Positions 15,623 to 18,439 of a stretch of 18,439 nt of DNA are shown piece by piece. The stretch spans positions 1 to 18,439 of the forward strand of contig JBHLLU010000070.1 of assembly GCA_048938895.1 (NCBI GenBank), read 5' to 3'. A program made the position numbers and the translations under genes. This stretch comes from Promethearchaeota archaeon (GTDB taxonomy: Archaea; Asgardarchaeota; Lokiarchaeia; Sigyniarchaeales; SOKP01). Numbering within the stretch: the stretch's first letter is position 1; each line of letters begins with the position of its first letter. The notes beneath the pieces are model-generated. The model ran no database searches and was not told the origin of the DNA. It was given only the letters and a program-made list of their open reading frames with translations.

Positions 15623-17965
15623 ATGGCAATTAAATCAATATCCCGGTTGATAATTGATAAATTTGGTTTAGATTTATATCAAAAATCTCTTAAATTCCCT
15701 AAAAATAAAATTAATATTTTTTATTTGCACGAAGATCCACTTAAAATTAGAAGCATCATCCTCGATAATGATCGTGAATACCATCTTATCATAGATGAGA
15801 AAAAAGCTGAGATTTTTCATGATTGCCCTCAATTTTTAATCCATTCAGAAAAGGATAAGAAGATCTGTATTCATTTGATTAAACTACTTTCTATCATTAA
15901 GAATCGTTACTCTGTAAAAATATTAACAAACCTAGAAAAATATAACCTTATATCTGATGATTTTGGTTCAAAAAAAAAAGGGAAAAATTTCCAACTTTTA
16001 GCCCATAACTGTATTGAGAGCAATAATTGTGTGGAAGCATTAAACTATTTAAATAAAGCAGTTAATAGCCAATTTGACATTGAGTCCATAATAAATGATT
16101 ACTTAACAATTGCAATTGATAACAATTTATTTATCGAATTTTTTGAGTTTCTAAAACATGGGTATGAGATTGATTTACATAAATATTTTCTCAAATTTGA
16201 TGAGTGTATTAAAACGGGATTCAACAAATTTTTAAAGGTAGTACATGAATATTCCTTTTTCAATATCCTAAAAATAATCGAATTATTAGATTCCATCCTG
16301 AATTATAAAGATGGTTCATTCCTTTCTCTTCTTCTTATTAAATTAGAAAAATATGTTAATAGTTCCAATTTTAATGAAAATTATTTCTCAATTTATCTAA
16401 TTAAAAAGCATTTTAATGAATTAATCAAATACAAACCAGATATTAAAGAAATTATCACTGAAACACAAATAAACATACTAAAAAGCAAGCTTATTAATTA
16501 CTTTTTATCTGAAATTGATAGTTTTTGCTTAATTGATAAGTTAAAACTCTTAAAGCAGCAATTTAAGGTCATTGGAATTCCTAAAGATAAATATAACAAT
16601 GAATATAAGAAATATAAATCGGAAATTAAAAATCTTGAAAAAAAATTATATTTAAAAAAATTTGCATTCCTTATGTTCTTAATTGAAAAATACAATGTAA
16701 AGCAAACAGTTGGGGAATTTAGAAAAAAGAGAAATGCATATGTCGTCAATCACAATGAAGAAAATTTAAAAAATCCCGTATATCATTATATTATCTCTCG
16801 TATTGGATTTTTTGGATTAAATGAACAAACTATTAAGTCATCCGAAATCGGTATTAACTATTATATAATGAAAGAGCTATTTTTAGATAACCTAGCTTCT
16901 TTTCAAGACGTAAATTACTATAAGATTCAATTTTGGGGTGATACTGACTATTTGATTAACCCTATCGAAGGATTTTCTTTACTAAGTACAAATATTGAAT
17001 ATAATTATAAGGATATACAAAAATATTCTGAAGACGTAATTATTATTGAATGGGATTTAGTAAGCAGACCTATTCAAGGTAGCATTGTAAATGCTTATGG
17101 TTCTCAAATTATTATCCCGGATCAAAATAACTCTTTATTTCATGATTTAAAACCTTTTGATCTTTGTTACTGTAAGAAAACACCGGTTAAAATTGAGAGT
17201 AATATAATAAAAACTGTGAATGTTATTACTAAATGCTCATATAAAGATGCAATTAAAAGCATATATAATGGTATGGATTTTATAGAAGGATATTACCCAT
17301 TATCCGTTGTAAAGGCTGTATTGAATAAAGAACTGAATCCATTTCAAGCTAATGATATAATTACCAACAACCCAAACAAATCTTTTATCCCAAATTATAG
17401 TAAGTTTGTTCAAGCTTTTAGAGAATTTCTCCTTGACTACATTTTTGATGAAAAAGAATATATTTTTGAAGAATTAAAGTTAGACTTTAGTGGGAATTCA
17501 GATCAAATCTTGATACTTCTAAATCTTACAAATGAATTAAGTGGTTTAAACCTACCATATGCAGAGATTCTTGAGAATACCATATCATCAGACATAAGTT
17601 TGAATGAATTTAGATCTAAATTCCTTAATAAAACCCATTCTTATATCAGCGAAGTCTTAAATAAGCAAGAACTTGGAAATACAAAGATTTTTGATTTGAA
17701 AAAATTAAGAAATACTCAATTTTTTAAATATGCTGATACAATTCTAAAGATCCGAAAGAAAGAATTCGAAGCAACTCCAATAATTAGATTCAATGATGAA
17801 CATGGAACTCAATATAATATAGTAGAAATTAAAAAAACATATTACGGTCAAAAGTTCTTGGAAATTTTAAATTTATTAAGATCTTCAACTCTCAAGCCGG
17901 ACAAATTTAAAAATTTTATCGATTTCTCCCTAAAGTTAAATTTAGATTTAAATATAATTGACTAA
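15623..17965 (+). CDS. SWIM-type zinc-finger protein (780 aa)
   Basis: EYHLIID...IFHDCPQF-x-KKICIHLIKLL gives H66-x-C68-x13-C82-x-H84 after predicted beta strands; remainder mostly helical; 8-nt gap after the vWA gene. Confidence 0.78.
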   Translation: MAIKSISRLIIDKFGLDLYQKSLKFPKNKINIFYLHEDPLKIRSIILDNDREYHLIIDEKKAEIFHDCPQFLIHSEKDKKICIHLIKLLSIIKNRYSVKILTNLEKYNLISDDFGSKKKGKNFQLLAHNCIESNNCVEALNYLNKAVNSQFDIESIINDYLTIAIDNNLFIEFFEFLKHGYEIDLHKYFLKFDECIKTGFNKFLKVVHEYSFFNILKIIELLDSILNYKDGSFLSLLLIKLEKYVNSSNFNENYFSIYLIKKHFNELIKYKPDIKEIITETQINILKSKLINYFLSEIDSFCLIDKLKLLKQQFKVIGIPKDKYNNEYKKYKSEIKNLEKKLYLKKFAFLMFLIEKYNVKQTVGEFRKKRNAYVVNHNEENLKNPVYHYIISRIGFFGLNEQTIKSSEIGINYYIMKELFLDNLASFQDVNYYKIQFWGDTDYLINPIEGFSLLSTNIEYNYKDIQKYSEDVIIIEWDLVSRPIQGSIVNAYGSQIIIPDQNNSLFHDLKPFDLCYCKKTPVKIESNIIKTVNVITKCSYKDAIKSIYNGMDFIEGYYPLSVVKAVLNKELNPFQANDIITNNPNKSFIPNYSKFVQAFREFLLDYIFDEKEYIFEELKLDFSGNSDQILILLNLTNELSGLNLPYAEILENTISSDISLNEFRSKFLNKTHSYISEVLNKQELGNTKIFDLKKLRNTQFFKYADTILKIRKKEFEATPIIRFNDEHGTQYNIVEIKKTYYGQKFLEILNLLRSSTLKPDKFKNFIDFSLKLNLDLNIID

Positions 17966-17981
17966 TACTTCAAGGCAAAAT

Positions 17982-18439
17982 TTAAATACTGAACTGTAAT
18001 TTTCCATAAATTGAGTCATAACCAGGTATAAACCAAAAATTTTTTTTTCTAATTTTGTCTATTGCGGCAATTAAATCATCAGGTAAATCTCTAAAGTTGC
18101 TATAACCTTCCCAAATTTTATATTCCCCTCCATTATTTGTAGTAAGCTTATCATATAATAATAAGTTCCTTTTATCATATTCTGTTCCCCCACAGATAAT
18201 GGATATTAGTGATAGAAGCGGTACAATATATTGGAAGGTTAAGTTATTAAAATTTTTCTGGTCTTGTAGCCCAAGAACTCGAGAGAGAACTCCTTTAGTT
18301 AAAGGTTTGTTGCAATGTGGACAATCTTTTATATTTAGCAAAGGACTGCAGACATAATTTAATTTATTATCATGTCGTTCTTTTCTATGACCATCATAAT
18401 AATACTTACCTGCGGAAGGTTTAAACTCATATGTCTTAA
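17982..18439 (-). CDS. Endonuclease Q / PHP-family protein, C-terminal part (5' end outside window)
   Basis: Frame is open to the window edge: KTYEFKPSAGKYYYDGHRKERH...CPHCNKPLTKGVLSRV...FQYIVPLLSLI, matching the EndoQ-family GKY..GHR / CPxCxKPLTxGVxxRV / xPLxxxI pattern. Confidence 0.8.
   Translation of the reverse strand, partial: KTYEFKPSAGKYYYDGHRKERHDNKLNYVCSPLLNIKDCPHCNKPLTKGVLSRVLGLQDQKNFNNLTFQYIVPLLSLISIICGGTEYDKRNLLLYDKLTTNNGGEYKIWEGYSNFRDLPDDLIAAIDKIRKKNFWFIPGYDSIYGKLQFSI

Noticed and set aside
10846-16749. Minus-strand ORFs 10846-11070, 11737-11928, 12271-12606, 16099-16296, 16498-16749
   Set aside because: Antisense shadows of well-supported plus-strand genes.
1-18439. CRISPR array, IS element or rRNA
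   Set aside because: No spaced repeats, transposase motifs, terminal inverted repeats or rRNA-like segments were seen by eye.

Overview
AT-rich archaeal chromosomal segment. It is most consistent with an Asgard (Lokiarchaeia-like) genome; this is inferred from the BHB-intron tRNA, archaeal-type ValRS, TTG starts, poly-T terminators and gene repertoire. Left to right: small hypothetical and membrane genes (one is a 59-aa two-helix ORF missed by the ORF track); scpA-scpB without smc, where ScpA carries an extra N-terminal HeH/SAP-like domain; a minus-strand run of valS, tRNA-Ala(CGC) with a non-canonical 32/33 intron, an orphan glycyl-radical enzyme and an orphan DpnA-like adenine methyltransferase; a DUF885-like zinc peptidase; a compact intergenic unit (RBS, 9-codon ORF, three hairpins, T-tract); a tight MoxR AAA+ / vWA / SWIM three-gene operon; and the 3' part of an EndoQ-like gene running off the right edge. 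Best novelty candidates: the MoxR-vWA-SWIM operon (the vWA protein begins with an AAA-lid-like domain), the micro-ORF/small-RNA unit just upstream of it, and the HeH-kleisin fusion. No CRISPR array, transposase or rRNA was seen. All family calls are from motif recognition by eye, not database searches.
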